50,757 bases of DNA, taken from the IMG/VR virus record IMGVR_UViG_3300046724_000204. One strand, given 5' to 3'. Shown in pieces: positions 24,633-32,564 of the stretch (the first letter of the stretch is position 1; each line of letters begins with the position of its first letter). Under the pieces are notes generated by a model. It saw only the letters and a list, made by a program, of their open reading frames with translations. It did not search any database and was not told where the DNA came from. A program made the translations under genes and the position numbers. Source of the DNA: a virus.

Positions 24633-26076
24633 GAACTCTCTCCGTTTTCTCGGTTTCGTATATTTCCAGCAGTTCACTGGCTTTTCGTCGGAAAGCCCGC
24701 ATGATCCGTTGATCCAGCGAGCCCGGCGCGTAGAGGAAACTGGCGATCACCGGGCGGGCCTGGCCCATGCGCCAGGCGCGGGCGATGACCTGGTCGTTCT
24801 CGCCGGGCACCCAGCTGGGCTCGACGATGCCGATGTGGGATGCCGCCGTCAGCGTGATCGCGGTCCCCGCCGCCTTGATCTGTCCCACGAAGACGCGGGT
24901 TTCGGGGTTGTCCTGGAACCGACGCACGGCGTCATCGCGATCCGCCGTGGACGTGGCCCCCGTTATGGTGACGGGATTGAAGTCCAGCAACAGACCCGCC
25001 AGCGTCTCGATCACGTTGGTGTGCCATGCGAAAAGCAGGATTTTATCAACGCCCGTGGATAACTTTTCCCTGGCCCACTCGGCGGCGGGAGCGGCTTTGG
25101 CCTCGCCCAGTAAACGCCGCAACGTCGCCAGATGGGTCTCGCTGGAACGCAGCGTGTCGGGCAGGGCTTCCAGCGGGACCAGCATGAGAAGATCGATCTG
25201 GTCCCGCTGGGACACATGCCAGGACGGGCCGGCGGTCGAGGACATGACCAGGGGCACGTCCTCGACCTGTAGCGGGGGTAACTCTTCGAGTACGTCCCGC
25301 CGTCTTCGGCGTAACAGGACCGGCGCGAACGCCTTGCGTAAAACGTCCTGGCCCTGAGACCCATGAATGCTCCGACCCCAGGTGCCGTCTGTATACCGGG
25401 TATATCGTTCCTCGAAGTCCGCCTGGCCCAGGGGCTTGCCCTCGTGGGTGAGCAGATCCGGCCAGAAGGTTCGGTAGTGCGGGAACAACTCCCCGGCGTG
25501 GTTCGGCGTCGGCGAGCCGGTCAGTAACAACACCCGGTCCGCCGTGGACTGGATGCCCCGATGGGTGAACCGATCACCATAAATGGCCCGGGTGCGATTG
25601 GATGAGCCCTCCTTAAGATAATGCGCCTCGTCCAGGACCAGAAGATCCCAGCGGCGTTCCCGCAGGGGACCCGCCCAACGCTTCATGGTCGCGCCGTGGC
25701 TGAACGTGTCATAACTCAGGATAAGTATGATCTGGTCGTCCAGCAGGCCACCGGGAAACGCGTTGTGTCCCGGCACCCGGGTGAAGTGCGCCATCTCGGG
25801 CCAGAACTTCCTGATCTCCAGGGGCCATGAAACGCGCCCTATGGCCGGCGCGATGATCAGGACACGCTTCGCGTCCCGGGCCTTGGCCACCAGGATCGCC
25901 ATCAAACTCTTACCCAACCCCGGATCGTCGGCCAGCATCGCCGCGCGGTGTCCCGCTCGGGCGAGCGTGTCAACCTGGGTGTTGTGTTCGGTGTTTGGGG
26001 ACAACGCGTCCAGGACAAACTTCACACCATCCAGCTGGTAGGGTCGAGGCGCCGGGGCAGGTCCCTGTTTCGGCAT
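24625..26076 (-). CDS. SNF2/Rad54-family helicase
   Basis: LADDPGLGKSLMAI (motif I), LLVLDEAHYLK (DEAH, motif II), IARAWRMGQARPV (motif VI). GAGG lies 8 nt upstream of the ATG. Confidence 0.85.
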   Translation of the reverse strand: MPKQGPAPAPRPYQLDGVKFVLDALSPNTEHNTQVDTLARAGHRAAMLADDPGLGKSLMAILVAKARDAKRVLIIAPAIGRVSWPLEIRKFWPEMAHFTRVPGHNAFPGGLLDDQIILILSYDTFSHGATMKRWAGPLRERRWDLLVLDEAHYLKEGSSNRTRAIYGDRFTHRGIQSTADRVLLLTGSPTPNHAGELFPHYRTFWPDLLTHEGKPLGQADFEERYTRYTDGTWGRSIHGSQGQDVLRKAFAPVLLRRRRRDVLEELPPLQVEDVPLVMSSTAGPSWHVSQRDQIDLLMLVPLEALPDTLRSSETHLATLRRLLGEAKAAPAAEWAREKLSTGVDKILLFAWHTNVIETLAGLLLDFNPVTITGATSTADRDDAVRRFQDNPETRVFVGQIKAAGTAITLTAASHIGIVEPSWVPGENDQVIARAWRMGQARPVIASFLYAPGSLDQRIMRAFRRKASELLEIYETEKTERVHV

Positions 26077-26161
26077 GGAAAACCTCGATCCTGGAGGGTG
26101 AAGCCGGAAGAGCGTGTCGAGCGGGTGTCGTGTCCCAACCTTACGAGTGTTGTGTTTCCTG

Positions 26162-26644
26162 TCAAGCTACTTGTTGGTCTGAACTCCATTTGAGTCCGCG
26201 ATACGCGATCAGAGCAGCCTCGGCCCGACCATCGTCGCGGACCCTGGAAAACAATGCCGCGTCACACGGGAACATCCGCATGGCCATGGCCCGCGCGCCG
26301 TGTTTGGCGGCGTCCAGGCCCAACCCACGCTTCCAGGTACCGGGTGTGATCAGATGGACGGGCACGTCCAGCGCCGCCAGCACACCCAGGACAACACCGT
26401 ACCCCTGACCAAACGTGAACATGGAGGACACACCCTGTTTGGGCATGGCGTGGACTTTCTCGACCCAGGCCATGTCGGGGCGCCATGCCCGGATCAGTTC
26501 GGCCAACAACACGGGGACAACCTCACGCCGTGTCCCGGTCCCCGACTTCGCCACCGGCATGTCCCGGACCTGAAGCAGGTCCAGACTGCTCTCGATCATC
26601 GCGAAAGCCCCGTCCAGGCCAGGGTCAACGCCCAGCACCCGCAC
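26162..26644 (-). CDS. RuvC-like Holliday junction resolvase
   Basis: MRVLGVDPGLDGAF (first catalytic Asp), WVEKVHAMP (Glu), RDDGRAEAALIA (C-terminal acidic residue). 160 aa. Confidence 0.75.
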   Translation of the reverse strand: MRVLGVDPGLDGAFAMIESSLDLLQVRDMPVAKSGTGTRREVVPVLLAELIRAWRPDMAWVEKVHAMPKQGVSSMFTFGQGYGVVLGVLAALDVPVHLITPGTWKRGLGLDAAKHGARAMAMRMFPCDAALFSRVRDDGRAEAALIAYRGLKWSSDQQVA

Positions 26645-26647
26645 CGG

Positions 26648-26956
26648 TCAGACCGCCGCCACGCCGGACACGCGCCACGGTGGGTTCGCCACGACACCGA
26701 AAGGGTCCCCCTCGTCCACCAACAACTCGCCCAGCGCGAAACCCTGTTGGGTCATCACATGGATGACCGGGACAACCCACGCGGATGACACGGTCTTACG
26801 TTGTCTCCACATCTGCACCTGGGCATAAGACAACGCCTCGGTTGGTTCGTTGCGGCGCAACAAATCCAACAAAGCGGTTGGCCCGCCCACGGCGTCGAAC
26901 ACGTAAGCCACGTCCAGAGTAAGCATTTCAACAACTTCCCCGGTCAGTGTCGGCAT
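26648..26956 (-). CDS. Cro/YdaS-like small DNA-binding protein candidate, first gene of the leftward operon
   Basis: Divergent from the CI-like gene. ...FDAVGGPTALLDLLRRNEPTEALSYAQVQMWRQRKTVSSAWVVPVIHVMTQQG resembles Cro/YdaS-type HTH proteins. Start is ambiguous: ATG 26956, or ATG 26926 with GGGGAAG upstream. Confidence 0.4.
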   Translation of the reverse strand: MPTLTGEVVEMLTLDVAYVFDAVGGPTALLDLLRRNEPTEALSYAQVQMWRQRKTVSSAWVVPVIHVMTQQGFALGELLVDEGDPFGVVANPPWRVSGVAAV

Positions 26957-27069
26957 AATGTCGCCTAACAGACACATACATGTAGGGGAACACAACCGCT
27001 CCGTCCACCCTGTTTCGGCGTAACAACCCAACAAAAATCAGACCGGTCGGGGTATCCTGTCCGCGTTTT

Positions 27070-27089
27070 GGCGTTGACAACACAACGCC
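27070..27089. promoter_or_regulatory. Palindrome GGCGTTG-ACAACA-CAACGCC in the cI/cro-like divergent region (operator candidate)
   Basis: 7-bp perfect arms. Contains TTGACA (27074-27079) on the plus strand and TTGTCA on the minus strand, so it could overlap the -35 elements of both divergent promoters. Confidence 0.45.
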
Positions 27090-27095
27090 CATGTT

Positions 27096-27116
27096 GTTTT
27101 GTCCCGTGGACAAAAC
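27096..27116. promoter_or_regulatory. Palindrome GTTTTGTCC-CGT-GGACAAAAC (operator candidate)
   Basis: 9-bp perfect arms with a 3-bp spacer, 6 bp from the first palindrome, between the divergent Cro-like and CI-like genes. Confidence 0.55.
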
Positions 27117-27200
27117 GACAGGGGCCGAGCGCGACTCGGGCCATGTCCAATGTCCGTGACCCACCCCGCTGCTCCGGCTCCCCCGAAAGGACCACGCCCC

Positions 27201-27761
27201 ATGGCCGCCACCAGTCTTCATAATCCACCGTCTCCCCCGCCCGAAACGCCGCCGCTGCCGGAACTGGAAAGGTTCCGCGACAACCTGATCAAGGCCATGG
27301 CGGCGAAACGCATGTCGGGGTCCGACGTGACCCGCGCCGTGTGGGGTTCCAAGACCGACGCGCGGGGCCGTGTCGTGGCCCGCAACCGGGACCGCATGAC
27401 CCACTACCTCGCCGGCACGAGCTACCCAAGGCCCGAGACGCTGGCCAGGCTGGCCGAGGTCCTCGACCTGGACCCGAAGGACCTGGAGCGCGATGCCCTG
27501 GGCGTCCTGCCCAACGGAGTGACGAGCCTGCCCGTGTACCGCGCCGCCCACGCGGCGCCGGGGCCACGGCACGACACGCCCGCCTTTCAGTTCCGCCTGA
27601 ACAAACGGGGCCGCGTGCTGTTCAGCTACTCGGTCGAGGTCGATACCGAGACAGCGGTGCGCCTGATGGACGCGATCCGCGCGGTGGACCCGACGCTGGA
27701 AGGCGACATCCCCGGCAACGGCAACGGCGATGGTGACGACGACGACATGCCGGAAGACTGA
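27201..27761 (+). CDS. CI-like XRE-family HTH repressor candidate (no S24 peptidase domain seen)
   Basis: Start set to ATG 27201 (GAAAGGA 10 nt upstream); the ORF track starts at TTG 27099. FRDNLIKAMAAKRMSGSDVTRAVWG...RMTHYLAGTSYPRPETLARLAEVLDLDPKDL is a typical XRE HTH. The C-terminal half is unrecognised with an acidic tail. Confidence 0.6.
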   Translation: MAATSLHNPPSPPPETPPLPELERFRDNLIKAMAAKRMSGSDVTRAVWGSKTDARGRVVARNRDRMTHYLAGTSYPRPETLARLAEVLDLDPKDLERDALGVLPNGVTSLPVYRAAHAAPGPRHDTPAFQFRLNKRGRVLFSYSVEVDTETAVRLMDAIRAVDPTLEGDIPGNGNGDGDDDDMPED

Positions 27762-27766
27762 CGCCG

Positions 27767-28165
27767 TTGGCCACCGAACTGCTTACGCAACGCGAAGCCG
27801 CCGCGTTATTACGCTGCGGCATTTCCAAAATACAGGCGCTGCGCCGCTCCGGCGCGCTGCCATACCTGCCGGGACGCCCGGTGCTCATACGTGAACAGGA
27901 TGTCGAAACGTGGCTATCAGAACACATCATATCAGCAAGCCGACACGCAGCCCCCGCCGCCCCGGCGAAAGCCCCGACACGTGGACGGTTCGCAACGCGT
28001 ATCTCTGGCAAAAACCAACGGGACGCTGGGTCATCCGCTACACCGACATCGTGCCCGGCGCCGAAGGCGGTCCCGCCGATCACCGCACCAGCGAACAAGC
28101 CTGCTACACCACCGACCGAGGCGAGGCCGAGGATAATTTCACGGTCTGGAAAGCAAACCGGCTGA
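27767..28165 (+). CDS. xis: Excisionase-family (MerR-like) HTH protein
   Basis: TTG start. LLTQREAAALLRCGISKIQALRRSGALPYLPGRPVLIREQDVETWL matches the excisionase-type HTH pattern. The conserved domain ends near 27930. The rest of the ORF, up to the stop at 28165, overlaps the integrase gene by 256 nt in another frame. Confidence 0.55.
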   Translation: MATELLTQREAAALLRCGISKIQALRRSGALPYLPGRPVLIREQDVETWLSEHIISASRHAAPAAPAKAPTRGRFATRISGKNQRDAGSSATPTSCPAPKAVPPITAPANKPATPPTEARPRIISRSGKQTG

Positions 28166-29094
28166 CGCCCAGGCAAACCCGCGCGAGCGCGCCGATCACG
28201 TTCGAGCGGCTGGCGCGCGACTACGTGGCGACGACCGGGACCCAGCGCCTGACGAAGGCCCAGGACCACACCGTGGGTAAACTCATCCAGACCCTGGGGC
28301 ATCACCCGGCGGATCGCGTGACCGAGCAGGTCCTGGCCGGCATGCACCGGGACATCCTCGCCCAGGGATGGTCGCAGGGCACCGCGCGGCGGCACCTGAG
28401 CGTGGTGCTCACCGTGCTCAACTGGGGTGCCAGGAACAAACTCATCTCACGCGACGCCGTGCCCTTCTACCAGATGCCCCCGGTGACGGCGCCCCGGAAC
28501 TACACGCTGACAGCCGAGGAAGACGCCCGGGTGTTCGACCTCGCGGCGGACTGGCTGGCGCGAAACGACGAAGTGAGCCGGCGCGTCGGGCTGTTCGTAT
28601 GTCTGGCACTGGACAGCGGGCAGCGCCGGGACGCGATCCTGGAACTGGTCTGGGAGCGGATCGACCTCACGCCGGGGAGCGAGTTCATGGATTTCGTGAA
28701 CCCAACGTATCAACCAAAGAACAAACGCCGCTGCGGGGATGTTTTCATCACGGAACGGTTGCTCGGCGTGCTCAAACAGGAAGCGTTCCGCGCCCCCAGG
28801 CACCAGGGCAAAGCCACGGGAGCCTTGTTCCCGAGCCATCGCCTGATGGACGGCTTCGACCGGTTCAAACGCGAGGCGAAGTTACCCAGGCTGACACCGC
28901 ATGTGTTCCGGCATACGTTCGCGACGTTAAGGATCAAGGCGGGCTGGACGATATCGGACGTGGCGCATGTCCTGGCCGACAACCCGATGACGGTGAACCG
29001 GGTCTACACCCACAACGCCGGCCATAGCGTGCGCGACAACGCGCGCCGCATCGAGGCCCTGCGAAACAACCCCGCCAGCCACCGCGCGGCGTGA
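27910..29094 (+). CDS. int: Tyrosine recombinase (phage integrase)
   Basis: ALDSGQRRDAILELVW (Arg I), HVFRHTFATL (H-x-x-R), MTVNRVYTH (catalytic Tyr). GTG start, 394 aa. Confidence 0.9.
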   Translation: MAIRTHHISKPTRSPRRPGESPDTWTVRNAYLWQKPTGRWVIRYTDIVPGAEGGPADHRTSEQACYTTDRGEAEDNFTVWKANRLTPRQTRASAPITFERLARDYVATTGTQRLTKAQDHTVGKLIQTLGHHPADRVTEQVLAGMHRDILAQGWSQGTARRHLSVVLTVLNWGARNKLISRDAVPFYQMPPVTAPRNYTLTAEEDARVFDLAADWLARNDEVSRRVGLFVCLALDSGQRRDAILELVWERIDLTPGSEFMDFVNPTYQPKNKRRCGDVFITERLLGVLKQEAFRAPRHQGKATGALFPSHRLMDGFDRFKREAKLPRLTPHVFRHTFATLRIKAGWTISDVAHVLADNPMTVNRVYTHNAGHSVRDNARRIEALRNNPASHRAA

Positions 29095-29111
29095 ACCCGG
29101 AGTATCAGATC

Positions 29112-29327
29112 ATGCGTAACACCATTCTTAAAACCATCGCCGCCGTCATCGTGGCGCCCGTGCTCGCCCTGCTGATCGCGTTCATCCTCACCAGCCTGGA
29201 AGGGGAATACCGTGTCAAAACGCGCGAGGAGATGATCGGCTGGCTCGCCACGGCGGTATTGTACTGGCTGTTCTTCACCGGGCGGCTCGCCTGGGTGTTC
29301 CGCCGCGTCGGGCAACGGGAGGGCTGA
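29112..29327 (+). CDS. Small membrane protein with two predicted TM helices, in a moron-like position next to int
   Basis: ATG 29112 with GGAG 10 nt upstream; the ORF track starts at GTG 29091. ILKTIAAVIVAPVLALLIAFILT and WLATAVLYWLFFTGRLAWVF are hydrophobic helices. Confidence 0.5.
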   Translation: MRNTILKTIAAVIVAPVLALLIAFILTSLEGEYRVKTREEMIGWLATAVLYWLFFTGRLAWVFRRVGQREG

Positions 29328-29330
29328 ACC

Positions 29331-29561
29331 ATGGACGATGCCGAGCTGATCCGCCGCTTCGACGCGCTTACCGCGTTGATGACCACCCAGACCGCGATGA
29401 TGAACAACCAGCATGAGCGCCTCATCGAGCGCCTCAACGGTCTGGCCCGCGACTTCCAGAACACCAAGGGTTTCCTGATCGAGGACGCGCTGGTACTGGG
29501 CCGGCGCATCTCCAACATCGAGAACCGGCTGGACGATGACGACACCGCGCACCCTGAATGA
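29331..29561 (+). CDS. Small coiled-coil hypothetical protein (76 aa)
   Basis: ATG lies 3 nt after the previous stop. Helical heptad-like sequence (LIRRFDALTALMTTQTAMMNNQHERLIERLNGLARDF) with an acidic tail. Confidence 0.45.
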   Translation: MDDAELIRRFDALTALMTTQTAMMNNQHERLIERLNGLARDFQNTKGFLIEDALVLGRRISNIENRLDDDDTAHPE

Positions 29562-29587
29562 TCCGCCCTGGGGTCCCACACCCCTCC

Positions 29588-29639
29588 CGCCGGGCGTGAG
29601 TAGACGCAGAAACGCCCGGCGATTGACACCGCCGGGCGT
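29588..29639 (+). promoter_or_regulatory. Mutually exclusive GC-rich hairpins (terminator/attenuator-like) after the lysogeny block
   Basis: CGCCGGGCGT (29588-97), ACGCCCGGCG (29612-21), CGCCGGGCGT (29630-39). The middle element can pair perfectly (10 bp) with either flank. There is no convincing T-tract. TTGACA lies at 29623-28. Confidence 0.35.
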
Positions 29640-29754
29640 TAAGTCCCGACGCACACCCCTGCGCGGCGGAAATACGGTCCTGCAACCCCAGGCATACGCC
29701 CGGAAAGCGAAGCGAACTTAGGATCTGACCGCGCGCCGCGCAAGCACGATGTTA

Positions 29755-29772
29755 TTTTCGCATTGTCGCTTT
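29755..29772. repeat. Orphan copy of the 18-mer iteron TTTTCGCATTGTCGCTTT upstream of the primase gene
   Basis: Identical to 32592-32609 and 32622-32639. Confidence 0.9.
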
Positions 29773-29810
29773 TACCGGCTTGACCCCTGGCACGGGGAGT
29801 CGGAGGGTGC

Positions 29811-29844
29811 GTGTCCCGCGCGACCAGCACGTAGCGCGGGACAC
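29811..29844. promoter_or_regulatory. Perfect 11-bp-stem hairpin/dyad GTGTCCCGCGC-N12-GCGCGGGACAC in the primase leader
   Basis: Read directly. It ends 50 nt upstream of ATG 29895 (RBS GAAAGGAG). Each arm contains the GCGGGACAC box that also clusters at 37016-37228. Confidence 0.6.
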
Positions 29845-29894
29845 TGAAACCTTCTGATCCCGACAGAAAGGAGCGCCCTTCGGCGTTTATCCCA

Positions 29895-32327
29895 ATGCCC
29901 CAAAACACGCCCTTCGTCAACGCCAACTTCTGGTCCCGCGTCGAGGTTTGCTCAGTCCCGGTCCTGGGACAGGACGACAAATACCGAGCTTACTGGAACA
30001 CCCGCCCGGCCAGCGAGTGCCTGCACACGCTCAACCCGGACTGGAATAATTACTTCTGCGTGTCGCTCATGGACACGCCCGGCGTCCGGCGCAAGGCGAA
30101 CTTCGTGGCGCTGCATGTCCTGGTGGTGGACGATGTCGGCCCCAAGGTCGATCCCGATAAAGCCCGGACACTGCTGGGCGAGCCCAGCTATCAACTGGAG
30201 ACCTCGCCAGGCAACCAGCAATGGGGCTACATCCTCGACCCGCCGATCACCGATATCACGCGCGCCGAGGCGCTAATAAACAACACCATCAAGGCGTTGG
30301 TGGGCGACGCCCCGGACCCCGGCATGGCCGGCGTCACGCGGCTGATGCGCCTGCCGATGGGAAGCAACACCAAGTACACACCCGCTTTCAGGTGCCGCAT
30401 GGTCGCAGCGAAGATGGACACACACGATCCGGCGGATCTGGAGCGGAACCTGCCCGTCCAGGGCAACACCGGGGTTCAGATCTCCGAGCCCGAACCCTTC
30501 GACCCGTTCCAGGCCGGGGCCGCGCCTGTCCCGGGACCAGGACCGGCGCCAGGACCGAACCGCCGGGCCGTGGACCCCACGCTCGGGGCGATGCGCAAGC
30601 TGGGGCTGGTCCTGGGCAACGAGCGCAAAGCCTCCCAGGGCACGGGCTGGGACGTGCGCTGCCCCTGGGTACATGAACACACACCCAGCACCGCCCAGGA
30701 CACGGGCACGATGTATTTCCGGGGTGGTGGCTTCAAATGCTGGCACGGGCACTGCCAGGACCGGAAACCCGAGGACGTGCGCGCCCGGGTCAACCAGCTG
30801 CTCAGCGACGAGACCGGGGGGCTGTTCAGTATCGATGACTTCGATCCCTCGAAGTTCGACGCGGTGGACCCGGACACGGTGCCGCCGAGCCCTTTGGCGC
30901 CCGAGCCGGACGAGGTCCGGCGGTTCTGGGAGGAAACCGTCTACCACGCCACCGAGGACCGGTTCCTGACGCTCAGGACTGACACCGCCAGCTTCAATGA
31001 CAAGGCGTTCGACACGGAATGGATCGGCGTGCTGCGGGACCACCTGCCGTTGAACGCCAAGGACAGGCCCATCTCGCCCAGTCAGTGGTACCGCAACGCC
31101 GACCGCAAGCAGATCGTGGACGGACGAACGTGGTGGCCGGCGCGGTCCCGGCTGTTCGCCAGCGCCGAGCATGACAAGCAAGCCCGGTATCTCAACACAT
31201 GGCGGGCGATACACCGTCCATTGGAGAGCGCGACCATGACCCTCCCAATCCCATCGGTTGGCGGTATCGGAGCCTGGTATCGCTTACAGCAGTTACTGTT
31301 TGGCGCGCGCACGGGCGCGCCCGAGTACGACGCCAACATGGAACACTGGCTGGATTATCAGACCATGATCGTGGCGGCGGTGGGCGTGAAACCCGGGCAC
31401 AACCCGCTTTTCATCGCCCCACAGGGTACGGGAAAAGAAATCATCCTGCGGCCCATCATCGATGTCCTGGGACCGGACCGCTACCGGGAGATCGACCAGG
31501 ACACGCTCAAGGGGGGTTTCACCGACTGGATCATGAACCGGCTCGTGATATTACCCGAGGTTCATCGGTCCACGCGCTGGAACCAGAACGGCCAGGATGA
31601 ATACCAACGCATCAAGGCGTTCTGCGACCCGGGCAAACCATTCCTGCCGGTGAACCAGAAATACCGGGGGATCATTCAGGCGGCGAACGTCTTCGTGCTG
31701 GTGATGTCGTCCAACGAGGACAAGCCCCTGGCCGTGCCGCCGGACGACCGACGGATCTGGGTGGTCAGAATGCATGGAACCGGCTGGCCCGTGGCACGGT
31801 TCCAGGCACTGGCCCGGGCGTTCAGCGAGCCCTCGCCGTGGGGCGCCACCAACAGCCATGCCATCGTGGAGTGGCTGATCCGGCGTTACGAAAGCAAACC
31901 CGAGGCCGAACGCGCGGCCATGCTGGACCGGTTTACCGGGCATGCGCCGATGACGCGAGACAAGACGGCCTTGATCGAGCGGTCCCGGAGCGAGGTCGAA
32001 CTCTGGATATCCGAACTGCTGACCCGGGTCCCCCCAGATCCGCTGGCGCTGCCCGATATCTTCACGGCGCAGGATGTCATGGAAAAAGTGGAGAACGCCG
32101 GGGAGATCGGAGGGTATGGGCTGGCGCGCGGGACCCGGGTTCAGGGCGCCAACGCCGTGGGGCGGATGCTGCGGCGCGCCGGATGCGCGATGCTGAACCG
32201 AGGGCAAAGCACGCCGATGCCGGACGGTATTTCACGGCATTTGTGGGCGAAACCCGGGTTGCTGACGGCGAGCGCGTGGACGGAGCAAGAACTGATTGAC
32301 TGGCTTGACGCCAACCGCCGGGTGTGA
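29895..32327 (+). CDS. Primase-helicase (prim-pol N-terminal domain, zinc motif, VirE/D5-type SF3 P-loop domain)
   Basis: FVALHVLVVDDVGPKVD and TRLMRLPMGSNTKY (prim-pol-like), RCPWVHEHT...FKCWHGHC (Cys/His zinc motif), FIAPQGTGKEII (Walker A), VFVLVMSSNE (Walker B-like strand). 810 aa. Confidence 0.8.
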   Translation: MPQNTPFVNANFWSRVEVCSVPVLGQDDKYRAYWNTRPASECLHTLNPDWNNYFCVSLMDTPGVRRKANFVALHVLVVDDVGPKVDPDKARTLLGEPSYQLETSPGNQQWGYILDPPITDITRAEALINNTIKALVGDAPDPGMAGVTRLMRLPMGSNTKYTPAFRCRMVAAKMDTHDPADLERNLPVQGNTGVQISEPEPFDPFQAGAAPVPGPGPAPGPNRRAVDPTLGAMRKLGLVLGNERKASQGTGWDVRCPWVHEHTPSTAQDTGTMYFRGGGFKCWHGHCQDRKPEDVRARVNQLLSDETGGLFSIDDFDPSKFDAVDPDTVPPSPLAPEPDEVRRFWEETVYHATEDRFLTLRTDTASFNDKAFDTEWIGVLRDHLPLNAKDRPISPSQWYRNADRKQIVDGRTWWPARSRLFASAEHDKQARYLNTWRAIHRPLESATMTLPIPSVGGIGAWYRLQQLLFGARTGAPEYDANMEHWLDYQTMIVAAVGVKPGHNPLFIAPQGTGKEIILRPIIDVLGPDRYREIDQDTLKGGFTDWIMNRLVILPEVHRSTRWNQNGQDEYQRIKAFCDPGKPFLPVNQKYRGIIQAANVFVLVMSSNEDKPLAVPPDDRRIWVVRMHGTGWPVARFQALARAFSEPSPWGATNSHAIVEWLIRRYESKPEAERAAMLDRFTGHAPMTRDKTALIERSRSEVELWISELLTRVPPDPLALPDIFTAQDVMEKVENAGEIGGYGLARGTRVQGANAVGRMLRRAGCAMLNRGQSTPMPDGISRHLWAKPGLLTASAWTEQELIDWLDANRRV

Positions 32328-32393
32328 AATCGTGATGATCCGGTGGGCGGACGCCTCCCGCCGGATCGCCGCGCGTATCATGCGCTGGCACAA

Positions 32394-32560
32394 CAAATCC
32401 CGTACCAGTACCAGCATTCCAGGATGAAACGCTACGCGCGCGCGCGTTAAGTATATACTCTTTATACTCTGCCATAGATAGCATACTCAGTACCATGCGC
32501 GCGCGCGCCCGCCCATGTGTGGAAAGGTTTCCTTAAATGCTGGTACTGGTACGGGTTTTG
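32394..32560. repeat. Nested palindromic element: 30-bp inverted repeat (20 bp perfect) around (CG)6 / 50-bp AT-rich core / (GC)6
   Basis: CCCGTACCAGTACCAGCATT (32399-32418) is the reverse complement of AATGCTGGTACTGGTACGGG (32536-32555). CGCGCGCGCGCG lies at 32435-32446 and GCGCGCGCGCGC at 32497-32508. The AT-rich core (32447-32496) holds TATACTCT x2 and CATACTCA. Confidence 0.9.
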
Positions 32561-32564
32561 TTGT

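Noticed and set aside
27099-27200. TTG start at 27099 for the CI-like gene, and similar 5' extensions in the ORF track (3521, 3708, 5192, 7145, 21594..22040, 22786..24168, 36894, 37711, 42238)
   Set aside because: The extensions overlap upstream genes or operator DNA, are R/P/G-rich, and lack RBSs. Internal ATG/GTG codons with Shine-Dalgarno-like sequences or start/stop coupling give better-supported starts.
32335-32427. 30-aa ORF (MIRWADASRRIAARIMRWHNKSRTSTSIPG) just after the primase stop
   Set aside because: It is short and Arg-rich with no RBS, and it overlaps the left arm of the inverted repeat. Nothing distinguishes it from chance.
32435-32508. Alternating CG tracts as a protelomerase target (N15 telRL-like site)
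   Set aside because: N15-type tel sites are a single long palindrome centred on CGCGCG and require a protelomerase gene. Here the two CG tracts flank a non-palindromic AT-rich core, and the only recombinase is an ordinary-sized tyrosine integrase.
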